Part shown: in pieces, positions 14,001 through 28,800 of the stretch
Layout: every line of letters starts with the position of its first letter
Position numbering within the stretch: position 1 is the first letter of the stretch
DNA from: Lingula anatina
Taxonomy: Eukaryota > Animalia > Brachiopoda
DNA length: 64,000 nt
Assembly: GCA_051362555.1 (NCBI GenBank)
Contig: CM120644.1
Location: forward strand, 14,840,534-14,904,533
Reading direction: 5' to 3'
Notes under the pieces: model-generated
What the model was told of the DNA's origin: nothing
Database searches by the model: none
The model's input: only the letters and a program-made list of their open reading frames with translations
Translations under genes and position numbers: made by a program

Positions 14001-14232
14001 ACAGCTCGACTCGAACTCGGGAACCCGCGCTTCCGCGTTCGACGCCTTACCTATTGAGCCACCGACTTAACTTGCAATATTGCGATCGTGAGTCCAAAAT
14101 GTAGCAGTTTAATCTTATTATTTGGATTTTTTTTGGCAAAAGGTAATTTGCTGGGACCCAGAAGCGCCAGGTTTTGAACCTGGTGTTGCTGTGTCCGAGT
14201 CTCGCGTGCTGTCCACTCCTCTAAGTGTTCCC
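14001..14232 (-). pseudogene. Two tandem tRNA-derived (pseudo-tRNA / SINE-head) units
   Basis: On the minus strand, unit ~14001-14066 has A box TGGCTCAATAGG and B box GAGTTCGAGTC; unit ~14153-14232 has A box TAGAGGAGTGG and B box GGTTCAAAACC. The cloverleaf stems are imperfect. Confidence 0.55.
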
Positions 14233-16382
14233 ACCCACCCACCCCTGGTAGACTTTTCTTTTATAGTAACCAACCGGAAATTCTTATACTCCTTGTAGTC
14301 AAATTTATACCAATTACCGAAAGTACCCGAACCGAATGGAACTCGCCCATAAGGAAGCTAAATAAAAACACAAAGATATATTGTATATGTTAGGAAAGAT
14401 TTTATTAACAGAAAAACAAATTTCTATTTGTATATAATATTTAATGCATCTTCTTACAAAACTACAAAAAGATATTAATCACCACAAATTGTGAATATTC
14501 GAGTTTGCAAGAAAAAGAGAATTAATATCTGCATAACATTTTACTCAAACTTATGAAAATACAACCTTTATATTTATACAATTTGACAAAATAAATTACA
14601 AGTATCACCTTGTCTTAAATTTGATCTTAAGCATTATAAACAAAGTATTTAAAAAGCAATTACATTTTTACAATATTATCCTTTAAAAAACAAAGGCGGA
14701 TCTAATATCCCCCCCCCCCCTCAAAATTATAATAAGAAAAATTTTAAAAATTTTGAAAGATACCCACTCTCGATTCACACAATCAAGTCCCTTCATTGCT
14801 ACAAATGGCCAAGAATTTCGTATTGTTACCCCTTCAAAATATTCAAGAGCCGCCAGTGTTTTTTTTCTATCTTTTTAACCATAAGATATTATAAAGATCA
14901 CTTCAGTAAACAGTATATTTGCAATATATGTATAATGCGATGTTTCAAATAAACGGTAATTGATGACTGGCAGAAAAACAGAACTGCTTTCCCAGATTTT
15001 GTCCAAAATTGTCATAAGTCTTTCTGAGCATTTGACTGTGATTGAATGGATTGTAATAAGTTACATTAGAATTCATTGTGGATTAGAAAATTTGAAAATT
15101 TCCATTACACAGACATTACTGAAAAACCATATGCAACATATACAGCCATCAAGTACCAAATCTGCGAAAAAAGATAAAGGGACAGATCATGATATTACTC
15201 ATATTGTTACTCATATACGGATTATATTACTTAATTTTTCATTCATCAAAATCTAGTAACAAATGTTTTGCGACTTCTGCACGTTAATGAGGCTAAAATG
15301 CGAGCCGAGAAACAATTTTTGCATTCACTGGTCGATAGTATGAAAGTTTCTGATACCAGGAAAATGTCAAAGAACAGAAGATTTTGGAAAATGGTTCACC
15401 TTTTAATCGCATGACTAGTCCCTTCATCTTTACTTAACAAATAGATGTCAAATTTGTCAGTTGTATTATTCAATGAAATCTTACGTACCGTAACATTCTA
15501 TCAACAACATGTACTTCATAGAGAGGAAAATGGGTTTTTGTAGCTTTTTATTCGACAAATTGTCTTTTACAGTTCAGGAAAGTTAAGCAAACAGAGATAA
15601 AAAAATATGAAAACATACACTTTAATTGCAAAACAAAATGGCATATTGTGTTTGGTGAAATTATATTTTATTCGACAAGACAGCAAGTGTTCAAATTGAA
15701 AGATATGAGATGCCTTTTTTGAGTAGTTAAAGTATAAAAATCGTTATATTAGGCACGATATAAGGGTTAGATCTTTACATAGCATAGATATTTTTGGTCA
15801 CTCGTACTGAATTTCATATGTGCCGGAAAATCTAGACATTTTGAACTCGAAATTGGGCTAATTTTCTTAACGATTTAAATTGCTTTGGTCATAGAGAAAA
15901 CGATGAAATTTCTAGGAAAAGTTAAAACAAAGGTCTAACGCGAACTCAAAATTGGAAGAAGTTTTTTATATGCCTGGCTAAAATTGGCGAATAAAATATT
16001 CGCAAGTTTGAAAATAAGAATTGACATCGGTAAAAAATTGAGCAATTTAGGTAATTTTGTCAACTTCTCATTCATTGAATATTTAGATTGAGGCTAGAAA
16101 ATTTAAAACTACAGGCATAAAATTTTGCATGAATATTTAAGGAAACTTTGCAACTTCATGATGACTTTTCAAGTTGCTTTTTTGTGTGCTTGTTTTTGAT
16201 TAGGATACGCCAATCAAATGGGGTCTTAAACGATTTTTTCGGGACGAGCAAGACGGTATTTCAATTTTTTTAATTTTTATGCTGAACGTAAGTTGCCCCT
16301 TGCTGTCTTGTGGAATAATATCTCAAATGACACAATTTAATGAATGCCATGGAGGCCCACATAAAAACCATGATTCAACACC

Positions 16383-16675
16383 TTAATAGGCATACCGGCA
16401 GATTCCTTAATCAAAATATTAAGCTTTGTTATTTATGACCGCACAGCCTTACACATGCCGCGATTCAAATTGCCAGTATTATTTTGTAAAATATTTCAAA
16501 AATCGTGATTTCGGATAAATTAAGAATAATGTTAAAACAACTTTACAGAACGTTTTGAATTAACAAGGTGATATTGACATTGGTCATCAGTTATAGAAAC
16601 GTATCAAAGAGCAATAAAAGCACGATGGAAATGGTATTCCCCACATTAATTCGCCCTCTACAGGTATGCCTTTAA
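16383..16675. mobile_element. TTAA-flanked MITE (Kolobok-like ends)
   Basis: ttaa(t)aggcataccggcaga ... tctacaggtatgcct-ttaa: imperfect terminal inverted repeats bounded by TTAA. Confidence 0.5.
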
Positions 16676-17896
16676 GGATTGGTCTTATCACAGAAAACGG
16701 GTCATCTATAACTTAATGAATTGAAATATTATAACCCATTATGTGAATTGTGCCAAAAATTATGACAATACCCCACGTGTTGTTTAATTCAAGCACCAAC
16801 CACTAATTGAATAAGCACATGGCGGCAGCTATGATTTCAGTGGCCATTCAACAGCATTTTCCCGTTCTTGACTATTTTACTGCATCTTATGTTTCCACCA
16901 ACAGATTACAAAATACTTTAAATGGATCGAAACTGCAACTTTTCACTGGAAGTGAAGAAAAGAGAAAGTGATTGAAGAAACACAGTGCTACGAACGAGAA
17001 ATTACTGGGAGTGACCATGAGCTTACCTAAAAACATGCAGGCATCTACATACTTCTAAAAAAGAGAACAACAACTACATTTACATGTACGTTACCATCCA
17101 ATATCTGACATTAATATCGCAAAAGGTTCTACCAAATCGGTTGAATTTGAAATTTTCGTATACTTAGTATCAAGGCCGCCTTGCATCCACTCCCTGGTCA
17201 CTGAGAACTGAAGAAGAAGTGACATCTCTTTCGAGAAGGTAAGTTCAACTAGATACATAGGGGGGCAAGGCAGGATGAAATTAGCCCCTTTTTTCAATTC
17301 AACAACTCCCATTACCTGACAGGTGACATTAAATTTACAATTTACCATGATTAAAACCCACAGGTGTTAAACATATTTGAAATAAATGCCGAATTAACAA
17401 CAGATGGAAATAAATACCAGATCCTAACCCACCCCTAAATGAAACAACATTATGTAGGTCACTGTCTACCCTTTCTATGGTCTACCACTTACATCTGAGT
17501 AGTTTTTACCATGTTTGACAACCCGGACCGTACTATAGCGCCATCTGCACGAAACATGGTTGATCCCCTCTGTTGCAATCGGGATTTTAGGAGATTGCTT
17601 TTAGAGATTTTGTTGACAATAAATGTCGGGAGAAGTATATATGTGAATGTGTAATAACCCAATTTTTTTCCAGATTCCTAATGACAAATGAACTTGGATG
17701 CACGCACTTCTGAAATTAAAGAGATTGCTTATAACAAAGAGTATTTGTATTGGCTCTTAAAAGTTTCGACTGATAAAAGTGCATATCATATTTATTTTGT
17801 TAGGCTGACAATGAGCTCTAACGGATATTAAGTAATATTGCACATACTCAAGCAAAGAAGCCTTGCGTTTTGTTCACGCAGTTTTTCTAGCAATAT

Positions 17897-17998
17897 CAGG
17901 GGTGGATCCATATTTTTAGGGCCCCCTCCGGGTCTGCAGATGCCAAGCCGACCCCCCTCCCCCTTGGCGAGGGTTTCGGGGTCCTAAATCCGCCACTG
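17897..17998. mobile_element. Short MITE (caggggtggatcca...taaatccgccactg)
   Basis: Imperfect terminal inverted repeats with an aatat direct repeat on both flanks. Confidence 0.65.
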
Positions 17999-18986
17999 AA
18001 TATAAAACAGAAAAGAAATTTTGTGTAACTGTCTTCTCTACTGCAAAGGAGTACTACAGTAGTCTGAAGGTTGAGGGGACTTCTTTGCAACGTGATATGC
18101 ATTAATTTTGAGAAGTTATTATTCATATAAACAAGAACTTAAAACATCTTGACTGCAAATTGGAGTTAGAAACAGAAATCGTTTTATCATTTGAATTTCA
18201 TATATTTTTATTCTATGTGGAATCTTAAAGTAAATGGTAACTTCCACTTATACAAACCAATCAAAACCCAGAATCTATTTGCTTGAAAAGCAAACTATAA
18301 TAATCTTAGTAACAAAGTGGATAATTTAATTAACATACAGAAGAAAAAATGACCGAAAGTTCACCACGTTTACTCATCATTCAGTTAACCATACATAAAC
18401 ACCATTCATATATGGTGCACTCGCTGAAATAACGCGCGTGATTTCTTTCTTTTAGCACCACGCAAAAATAACTCAAAACTCATTATCATGTCAGACAGCG
18501 GGTCATGATATAATTACAGTAGTAGCTTTTTCAACGATATAGAAATGAGCAAAAATATTTGAAACATCGAACGTTTTCTTACCTTCTAACTATAACCATG
18601 TTTGGTCTTAGATTATCGTATAACAATTTTACTACAACAACTACTCTGTTCTGCTACTACATAACTTTGAGCAAACAATTTTGCTTAGTGAGCGACAGCA
18701 CTAACACACATTTAAAGACATTTATAGTCTTTTTTAAGTTCAAGTTACATGTAAATGCTGATTAAAACTGTCAAGTATCAACATTGGCTTGCATAATATA
18801 CAATAATAAAACAATAATATATATCCCGATATGAAAGATTTGATGAAAAACATTGCACTCTGTTTACTAAAGGGCTTTCCTATGCTGAGTGGCTTGAGTA
18901 TATCAAAGCACTTCGATATTCATGTCCACCGGATTCTCTGTTTTATGAGACACTCTTCTCTTTTTCTCCCTCACTCCTCCATACAA

Positions 18987-19187
18987 CTCTCTCTCTCTCT
19001 CTCACGCATACACACACACACATACGCACTCATACACTCTCTCCCTGTCTCTTTCATTCTCTCTCTCTCCCTGCCTCTCTCACTCTGTCTGTCTCTCTGT
19101 CTGTCTCTCTTTCTTTCTCTCTTTCACACACATACACTCTCGCCCTCTCTTTCATTCTCTCTCTCCATGTCTTTCTTTCACACACCC

Positions 19188-19237
<50 letters not shown>

Positions 19238-19265
19238 CACACACACTCTCTCTCGCTCTCTCTCT

Positions 19266-19300
<35 letters not shown>
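18987..19300. repeat. Long compound (CT)n/(CA)n microsatellite
   Basis: Read directly; it explains the spurious SLSL/HTHT/RERE ORFs here. Confidence 0.92.
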
Positions 19301-19303
<3 letters not shown>

Positions 19304-19837
19304 AACGAAGAGCGATTCTGCAGAGAAGAACACCACATTGTGATATGAATTAAGCGCTCAGCTAATTCTCAACAATGAGCGGAGCTTCTTGCTTGTCAGG
19401 TTATCAACAATACATAATGAAGTAAAAACAAAGTTTAACAATTAACCAAGCCAAAAATATGCAAAAATGCGCGCAGCATCTTTGGCAACTCCGCGAAAGA
19501 TACAGGCGATTCTAACATGCAAACCTCGCAACCTTCTGCTTAATATAAATACGACGCACATTGATTATGCAACTCATTTCTGAACATTCTATGAATGTCA
19601 TCGTTGACCAAACCATTTTAAAATACGTTTCGGCATAAGAAGTTTACTTCATGTATTAAACCTGAAAATGGTTTGTTACATGAAGAAGATAGAAACTTTC
19701 CAGAAAATGTAAACTTTGGTGTTCCACGCAGACGTCTCAGCATAGTAATTTGCAGTCGAAACTCTTCAAATCTTGTAACCTGTTCGAATACTTAACAACG
19801 ATATAATCTTTTTTCCCCAAACATCTTTTCAAGCAGG

Positions 19838-22800
19838 CTATTCCTCTTTATTTTCGGCGGATCTCTCACTGAGGGTTATCCACACTTCTCCATCAGGGGT
19901 ACCCACAAGACCGTACTTCGCCTTAATGGTCTGACCTTCTACTTCATGGATCTAGAATACAAACAAAAAATCCAAACGCAGTGACCGACTACTCACTGAT
20001 ATAAAATGTGAAAGTGTGTAATATAAGAAAATTAGCAGAGTCTGTCTATAAATTCTCATTGTGTAATGTACGTATTGGAATTGTAATTGTTTTAATGTAT
20101 TTCATGTATTTTATTTGCCGTAGGTCACAGTCTATATTTTTATTGCACTCGAACCAATAAAAAATTATTATCATTATTATAAACAGAGACTGCTTATTGC
20201 TTAATTTCAATTTTGTTCGTGGTAACTGTGAGTCAAAAAGGCCTATTAGTATAATTCTGAAAATTTGAAAATATAATTTTGAAAAAGTCGAAATAGAGTC
20301 CTTTGATCGAACGACGTATTACAGTAGAATAAAAAGCATTTGTTCCATTAAGATAATGTAGGATCTTCAAATACTGTGAGCACCATTACCGGATTAGACC
20401 GATGACAGTCAAATTACCTGAAATCTACGCAGAATGTTCGCCAGTGCGGTGGCGATCTCCACGTAGGAAAAGCGGTATCCGGGGCACTTGCGCTTGCCGG
20501 CAAAACCGAACGGTTGGAAGGAGTAGGGTTGTCTCTCGGCCACATTTTCAGGACTGAAGCGGTCTGGGTCAAACCTAGTAAGAGTTTATTGTTATTTAAC
20601 TTCAATCTAAAAGAGGCGGAGTTATAGAAATTAGAAATAGAAATGAAACAAAATTAAATATATTTTATACAGCAGTTACTTTACCGCTACCCGTTTGTGT
20701 AGGATTGCATGTCCAGCAGCAATGTGCACACAGGGCGTAAAAATAATAATGAAATAGAACAATACAAATAAACAAGGCAGCAAAGCTGTCAAATGTACAG
20801 ACAAAAACACAAAATAAAAATGCAGAAAATGGTTCATTTTGTCAATTTTGATGCCTACAATAGCACTGTCAATCAACACTGAAATTTAATCATGCACAAC
20901 AGGTGACATCGTCAATAACAGGAGCTGATCCAGAGATATTTTCTGACAGTATTCCAAATTATCTTTGTTGATCCATCCTACATTTTTGATGGTCTTCCAA
21001 CAGAAAAAAGAGATACCCATCAATGTGAACTTTAAAATTTGAAAGACCCAGAAGATGGCCTCAATCCACCCCTGCAATAAGATTACAGTTTCAGGACCAA
21101 ATTCACATAATGAAAATCCCAATATCTAAATAATGATGACAGTGCATAAAATAATATTACATAATGTTTAAAGACATAAAAACCAATGCAACTGCTTATG
21201 TGGAAATACAGAAAATGTGAAGAGCTTCAGGTGGATGGGAGCTGAAAATGCCAGTGTTTGAAAAAAAAAAATTAAAAAGAAAACACAAAAATATCCCATT
21301 AAAGCTGCTATTCAAACTTTTAATCTTGCTGTAATAACATGATATGAATAACCCCAATGTGTTTGAGGATAATAAGACACTGTTATTCATCTATTTTTTT
21401 TGTTTTGTTTTGTTAACTTATTTGCAATATTAAACAACATTTACCTGCATAATTATCATAGATTCCTAATTATGTGACACAGTTAAGAGAGCTTAACCTA
21501 TGGGACTTTACTGGGAAGTCTCAGCGTGTGTTTTATGTAATCTTATTTAATGGACACTTGGAAATCAATTAGGCAAATGATTTTATAGCTCTGAATTTAG
21601 CTTGTGACTACCCCAAGGGGCAATTACCACCACCCATATGCAGTAGCCCCATATAGCACTCTATAGGGCTACATTGCTTCCAAAACAGAAAACAATCACA
21701 CTGATTTTCCAACACAAACTGCACATCAGTCTTACGAAACTTTTCAGTAAGTTTGAGTATCATAAGTAACATGGTTTTTCCTTAATGGTCATTCCGGCAG
21801 CCATTTCCAAAATTAGGGTTTTCTTCAACTTTTATGCAATATAACATAATGACCATCAATTTTTAATAATAAAATAAAAGTATCATGGATTTACAGAAAA
21901 TGTGACATGGAAATGTCTTCAAGGCCATGGAAGTTCAGAGTCACACTTTCAAAATGCTAAAATGTAAACAAAAGATAACTGTATTGAATTGATTTTCTTT
22001 CCATTTTCAACATCTTTTTTTCATATAACAAAATAATCAATTTACTGTCATTTTTAAATGAACAACTAAGAAAATTGCTGACATAGGAAAAATATCAATA
22101 GAACAATTTTAAATGTCCATTTTGCTCCATTCTGAGATTCTGAACATGGTGAATGATTGAATCTGACAAACTGTAAAGATATGAGTTTATTATTATTTCC
22201 ATTTTTGACACTTTGTTACATAATACACAATAACAGATTAACCATCTTTTTTATATAATCAACTAACAATATTGTTAAGATGCAGAAAATGTCAAAAGAA
22301 CACCTTTACATATTTAATTAGTTCACAGAGAAGATTGTTAACATGCCTAAGAATTAAATCAAAGAAAAAAAACCCACTTATATACAAAAAAGGCATAACT
22401 TCACCAAAACTGAACCATTTTCAAACTCCATCTGTATTTCAGTAAGACTGATCTCCCCTGTAAATTTCAAGACAATTGGCCAATTGATTTTTCTTGAAAT
22501 GCGTTAGCGGTATTACATACATGCTGAAAAAAGTGAAAAAAACAGCATAACTTCCATAAAATTGGTCCGATCACGCTGATTTTCAAACTTTGCCTATGTA
22601 ATATGAATATTCATCAGTTCTGTAAGTTTCAAGCCAAAAGGTAAAACAGTTTTTCACTTATCGTGTATCAGTGTTGCATATATGCTAAAAAAATGAAAAA
22701 AATAGCATAACTTCCATAAAAATGGCCCGATCAAGCTGATTTTCAAACTTGACCTGCGTATTATGAATATTCATCAGTTCTGTAAGTTTCAAGCCAAAAG

Positions 22801-25800
22801 GTAAAATGGTTTTCCACTTATCATGTTATCGGTGCTGCATATATGCTGAAAAAAGTGAAAAAACAGCATAAATTCCCTAAAAATGACCCAATCATGCTGA
22901 TTTTCGAACTTGACCTGCGTATTATGAATATTCATCAGTTCTGTAAGTTTCAAGCCAAAAGGTAAAATGGTTTTCCACTTATCGTGTTATCGGTGCTGCA
23001 TATATGCTGAAAAAAGTGAAAAAACAGCATAAATTCCCTAAAAATGACCCAATCATGCCGATTTTCGAACTTGACCTGCGTATTATGAATATTCATCAGT
23101 TCTGTAAGTTTCAAGTCAAAAGGTAAAATGGTTTTCCACTTATCGTGTTATCGGTGCTGCATATATGCTAAAAAAAGTGAAAAAAACGGCATAAATTCCC
23201 TAAAAATGACCCAATCATGCTGATTTTCAAACTTGACCTGCGTATTATGAATATTCATCAATTCTGTAAGTTTCAAGTCAAAAGGTAAAATGGTTTTCCA
23301 CTTATCGTGTTATCGGTAAAAGTGCACGGCGACGGCGACGACGGCAACGACGGCGACGGCGACGACAGACGCAGATGATGGCTATATGTACAGACACATC
23401 TGTGTCTGTACATAAAAATAAACTCACTTCTTTGGATTCGGCCACAGCGCTGGGTCATTCGATTCAACACCCAGAGCATGAATAACGGGAGTCTGAAAGC
23501 CAGAATCAATTATAAATAACCTGTATGACATTGTACACGATTCTCACGCAAAGTTTATAATTAAATTAAAGGTTTTAGCAAAGTCCATTTTCAGTCCTTT
23601 GGAATGTTGATCATGTCAAAGACATACATACTTTCTTATAAATAATTATCTAAATGGTATACCTTGATCATAAAGGAAAAAGTCATAACATTTCTAGGAA
23701 AATAAAAATTTTGGTATATAAAAGTCTATAATTGACTGGGGTCTGTAATAACAGGAAACAAATAATTTACTTTGTCTGTGTGAACAAAATCATCACAACA
23801 GTTACGTTGACTGGTACTGTAATTTAAAGACATTTATCTAAAACTCCCGACAAATTGATTATACAGACTTCAGAACAAGCTCTCGCTTCACAAAAATCTA
23901 AAGACAGTTTTTGAACTAAAACCCTAGCATATTAAGATCTAGCTTACTAAGCTGTGTTTCCAAAATTGATCTAAAGGAGTGCTTTTTTTTTCTTGGCTAA
24001 TACTTTAGCCGATAGCTCGGAATTTTAGCCTAATACATGCACTGTATAAGGTTGGCTAAATTCAATTTTATGAGCTGTTGTTTAGCAAAAAATCTGAGAT
24101 AAGACACCTAAGAATAAAACAATGACGTCATTCCACTTACCCCAGCCGGTATAACGTGACCTCCCAGTGTGACGTCTTTTTCGTCGTCAAAGCGAGCAGC
24201 GAAAGGTGCAACCACCGCCACGCGCAGCGTCTCGTCCATTACCTGACGGATGTACCTGAAACATGAGGCAAACCACTCATTTTAAAGTCCGGAGTGCAGC
24301 CATGGGGGTAGGTTTTTAAGAAAAAATCACGAGAAATTCTAGACGTGGCAATTGCCTCAACGTTGACTAAGGTTATGAGAAGTGAAGAGACTAGAAGTCA
24401 ATATCACATTTCACGAATCTTTTTAATCAGTGCAAAGATTCTGAGATACTTTTCCTTTTAAAATAATAATAATAATAATGTCATTTTTTAAATATTTTTT
24501 TTTGGTCCACGAATTAATCTATTCACTGACTTTCACTCTTGGGCAACGATCAAGAGGCAACGACACTTAGTGTTGTGATGAAAGTTCACCGTGCAAGTGT
24601 GGTCACGTTTAATATAATGGACCCGTTGTTATACCTACACCAACTGCGCAACGTTATCCGGTGTGACCTTGCCTGTGTCACCCAACACGGTGCTCACTTC
24701 TTGGAACATTTTCTCTTGAACTTCGGGGTAAAGTGAGATGAAATGGAGGGTCCATACCAATACTGAAACAAGCAAAACAGTATATTATAATGTACACATT
24801 AGTGCATATTCACATTCTATAATATAAAAATTTAGAGCTATATAGACCATCACAAAAAGAATATTGAAATTTACTGAGAACGACAAAATGTTTTTTTGAT
24901 TTTTAAAGTATATAGATAGCATAACATTTATACCAAAACCAGGGATTGGTAGTTCATTGCAACATATGTTACAAGTTATATATTACTAGTACAGTTACAA
25001 GTAAGTTCTAGAGTTATTTAATTTCTCTTCTGTGTTATCACGATATTAGATAAATCGGACCCTTTCTCATACATACAATTTCCCGACGTGTGAAATCCAC
25101 CGATAATGCTGGTTAACAAGTCGCTCTGCATGACGTCATCATCAATATTGTTCTCAATCATGACGTCAACAAGCATTTCTCGGTTCGCGGTGTTCGGGTG
25201 TCTCCGCCTAACTTCGATCGCTGCGGCAATTGTGTCGTACATGTATTTTTTCGCTAGGAATGGAAATTCATTACAGAAGCTATTATAAGTCGTGTGCTAA
25301 TAAACTGCAGAAAAATACATTATTGATTTAAAATGTATTTTTAAATTTGGAATTTTTTGGTGGTCGCTCTTGCTACTAAACTTATAGAAGAAAGAACTCT
25401 GTACATGTATAACGAAGCATCTATTACAAAACAAATTATACCGCTGAACATTAAATTATTTAAGCAAAGTAAGTTGAAGACAGCTTGCAACACACAAGGT
25501 CGAGCCTTGTCATATTTGAATTTAGTAACCACAGGCAAGTAAGACATGTTCGAATAATTTCCTTTTTTTTTGTATTTTATTAATGATCCTCACCATCATT
25601 AAATTTCTTTTCACGCTCACTCCCAGGTTGGGGTATATCGCCTCCAAGCCTCTCTTCCATGTCGTACCAACACTGACAAAATAGGGAAGAGAAGATATAT
25701 TACGTTTATTAAAAATATGGCTACATGCTCTCGTATTAGCAATCTCCATTCTATGCTGTAGCCATCACATATACACAATCAGCCATTCGTTGAATAATTG

Positions 25801-28800
25801 TTTCTCAAGAACAAAATCTTGTGGAGCAAATTTTTATGGTTTATAAGCTAAAACTTATTTGATCAATTTTGCCTTATAGAGTATTACTCGAATCTTGGCG
25901 TAAGTTGAATTTTTGTTCGTTTCCAAAATGTCCGCACGAAGTAGAGTCTACTGTCAGGGGCATCATTTGATTTGCTCTGCTATGTTGAATCTTAACTACA
26001 TGCTGAGTAGCTGTACTTGTCTGCATGAAGGGGGGGGGGGGCATAAACATATAATTGCGAAGATACAACACAGATACAACATTGTATGTCTGAAGTTCAC
26101 ATAACGACAGGACAGTTGCGCTTAGACTGCCTAGTTGTTAAGCAAGTGCGCAAAGACACAACCTTATCACATACTTACTATATCGTATGATTTCCAGAAC
26201 TTGACAACCTGTTCCTCTTCCAAAAAGAAATCCCCAAGAGAACTCTGGGTTATTGCTTTAAGCGCAAACACGAACGCCTCCTGGCGGCAAGGGACGTGTT
26301 CATCACGTGGTATATGTGACCATTTCTCCACCAATTCCTCGGCAAGCTGAAATTATAAAAAAAAAAAACAATAAAATGACAATAATTCATTTAATTGTAC
26401 GAAATATAAGAGATGATTGTCTTTTTCAAATAATTATAATGATAATGGTAATGATAATGACAATGATAGTAAGAAAACAGGCAATAAGACTTCATCCACT
26501 TCTAAAATATGAAAAACAGAAAAGAGCTTTGAAACGGTTCCCAATCACCAAATGAAATGCTCTTAACTCTCATGGATCAATAGAGGGAATGATATAGTAG
26601 TAGATTGCCAATTTCAATTTTAATTAATTGTTAAAACAATAATTACCAGTACTGACCAGATGCAAAAATACGAACGTCATAAATGAGTAAAGTATATTTT
26701 ATACAGTTGAAAATGGAAAATTATTTAAGCGATGTGGCATTTTTCAAGTATTTATTTTTTCAACGTGTACAGTAAGAGACTGAACTCAGCTGAGAGACAA
26801 CCTGGTATCCAAGGAATATGCCTCGTCTTTATATCTTATTAATCAAGATTGATAAATAAATGAAAATATATTACCCTTTGAAATATAGTTATGTATCCCA
26901 TCACGTGTTCGTGGCTATAGCAGGGATCGTAAGTATTTCTCCTCCACTTCCCGTCCTCTTTATTAGCATACTGTATGGAGTTTTCAGTTATCAACGGCTC
27001 GAATAACTTGAACAGTATAGCTAAAATAGAATAGATGAAATCAAGCTCGAGTAAAAAGTCAAGATTTATGTAAGGTAATAAAATAAGCTGGTTGTGCTGT
27101 TTGGTACTTTACAGAATGGGCGCGTAATTTTTTCTTGCAAATATGTATTTTCGCCTGGGAATTCCGGATCGTTGCTCTAAATACCAAGTTATAACTTTAT
27201 CATAGCCAAAACCTTTCAAAGAACGACGACCAAAAGGCTACTATTTAAGTTTAAAGTTCACTGAGTCACTCAATGGTACAAATTTGTGATGGTACAAATT
27301 AGATATTCAGATATCGAAAGCGGAACAATCTTTGGAACACACTTTTTCCAAACGGCTTTGAGTTTTAATATCATATGTTTTGGCGATAAGAGGAAAACTC
27401 ATTCCTATGCTAGTCAAACACGTATCGAATTTCATTTTCAATGATTATCCAAAAAGCCTCGACCGAGGTCGCTGAAGTATTTATCTTTTGGACTGGAAAT
27501 ATGACGGCTGTATAAGCAAGAAGTTCTAAAAGTCAGTACATCGACTGACTTATATAAGTAAAGAAGAGTCTAACACATGGAAATTAGACACATTCTTTCG
27601 TTTGTTTGTTTTCAAGACTCAATCTGCTTGTTTGTTTTGTGCACATTAAAGTACGTTAGCTGATTAGACAAGAAAAGGTCCACTTTTAACCTAAAAAAAC
27701 CAAACTTTGCTACATTGAAAAAATATATATCTGTATTTACTCACGAGGTCTATCAAAAACACGAGAGTTCTCTTTGAACAGTTGAGGGGAGGCAATGCTG
27801 ACCACCATTTGTTCTCCAAACCAGAACTTTGCTATGGGTCCATACTGCTGGTGTAGCCACATAAGGAACTCATGGAGACTGCCGTGTTTTGTGACCAGTT
27901 CTAGGTTCCCATGTCTGAAAGAAAATAACTCATAGATAAAGTTGTTTATGTTAGAGGAAGTACCGCAGCCTCAAGGGATTGTTACACCGACTTGCCTTAG
28001 CCCGATAATTGAACTGGACTTTTACTACCGAAATTTGGTCGACTTAACTGTCTTAGATGTCTACTTAGTTCAGATTAAAATTTTGGTCCAAAAGTTTATA
28101 CGTCCTCGGCAATAATTTCATCGGAGTGATCAACCGAAACTGAACAATTGAAACAAAAAATTAAAAAAATTTAAGACAACTCATGGCACCAACTTAAAAT
28201 ATATGCAGGAATCATCAGGTTTAACCTCATCTTTATCAGGAAACAATGTAGCACCTTTCTTTGTTTCCTTTTTTGAGGGGGGGGGGGGGCGTGTCGTGGT
28301 GCCACCAATCGCTCGCCATTGAAACATAAATTATGAGCACTGAAATAAAGGCTTGTGCTACATTCTGTTGGTTTATATACCCAGAATACTTTGCTGGTTC
28401 AGGAAAAGCCACATGAAACCTCCAAAGACTTTTAAAGCGCCATTTCGTCTGGATGTGGAATTCAATCCTTCCTTTTGAAGTCGAGCTTTGATCATAGAGA
28501 AATATCGTAATGGTAGAATAACTGCCATTACACTGCATTTTAATGAGATCGTGCTCTCGTAGACATTACAGGTATGATATAAACTCCACCAAAAAGCTCG
28601 GAAATATGAAATTATTTTTCAGTAATTAAAAAAAAACTATAAAATGAAGGGGGAAATCTTGTGTATATAAAATTAACGAATGATGGGTGCATTATCCATC
28701 AATATTTGGTTAAAATATTGACCTTAGCTCATATCCATTTTTACAATTATATTTACAAAATAACGTTGTTTCCGATCTTTTTTGGTCGAGCGTTTATTAA

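Noticed and set aside
14001-14232. Functional tRNA genes
   Set aside because: The acceptor and anticodon stems do not pair well; kept only as tRNA-derived sequence.
11620-16300. Short ORFs in the AT-rich spacer as genes
   Set aside because: They have no recognisable motifs or consistent exon chain. The region looks like decayed non-autonomous repeats whose boundaries I could not fix.
18831-19338. 157-aa and 94-aa ORFs (and similar ORFs at 8043-8327)
   Set aside because: They are artefacts of CT/CA microsatellites.
22385-23317. Regular repeats as a CRISPR array
   Set aside because: The units are contiguous ~161-bp monomers with no unique spacers, there are no cas genes, and the context is a eukaryotic intron.
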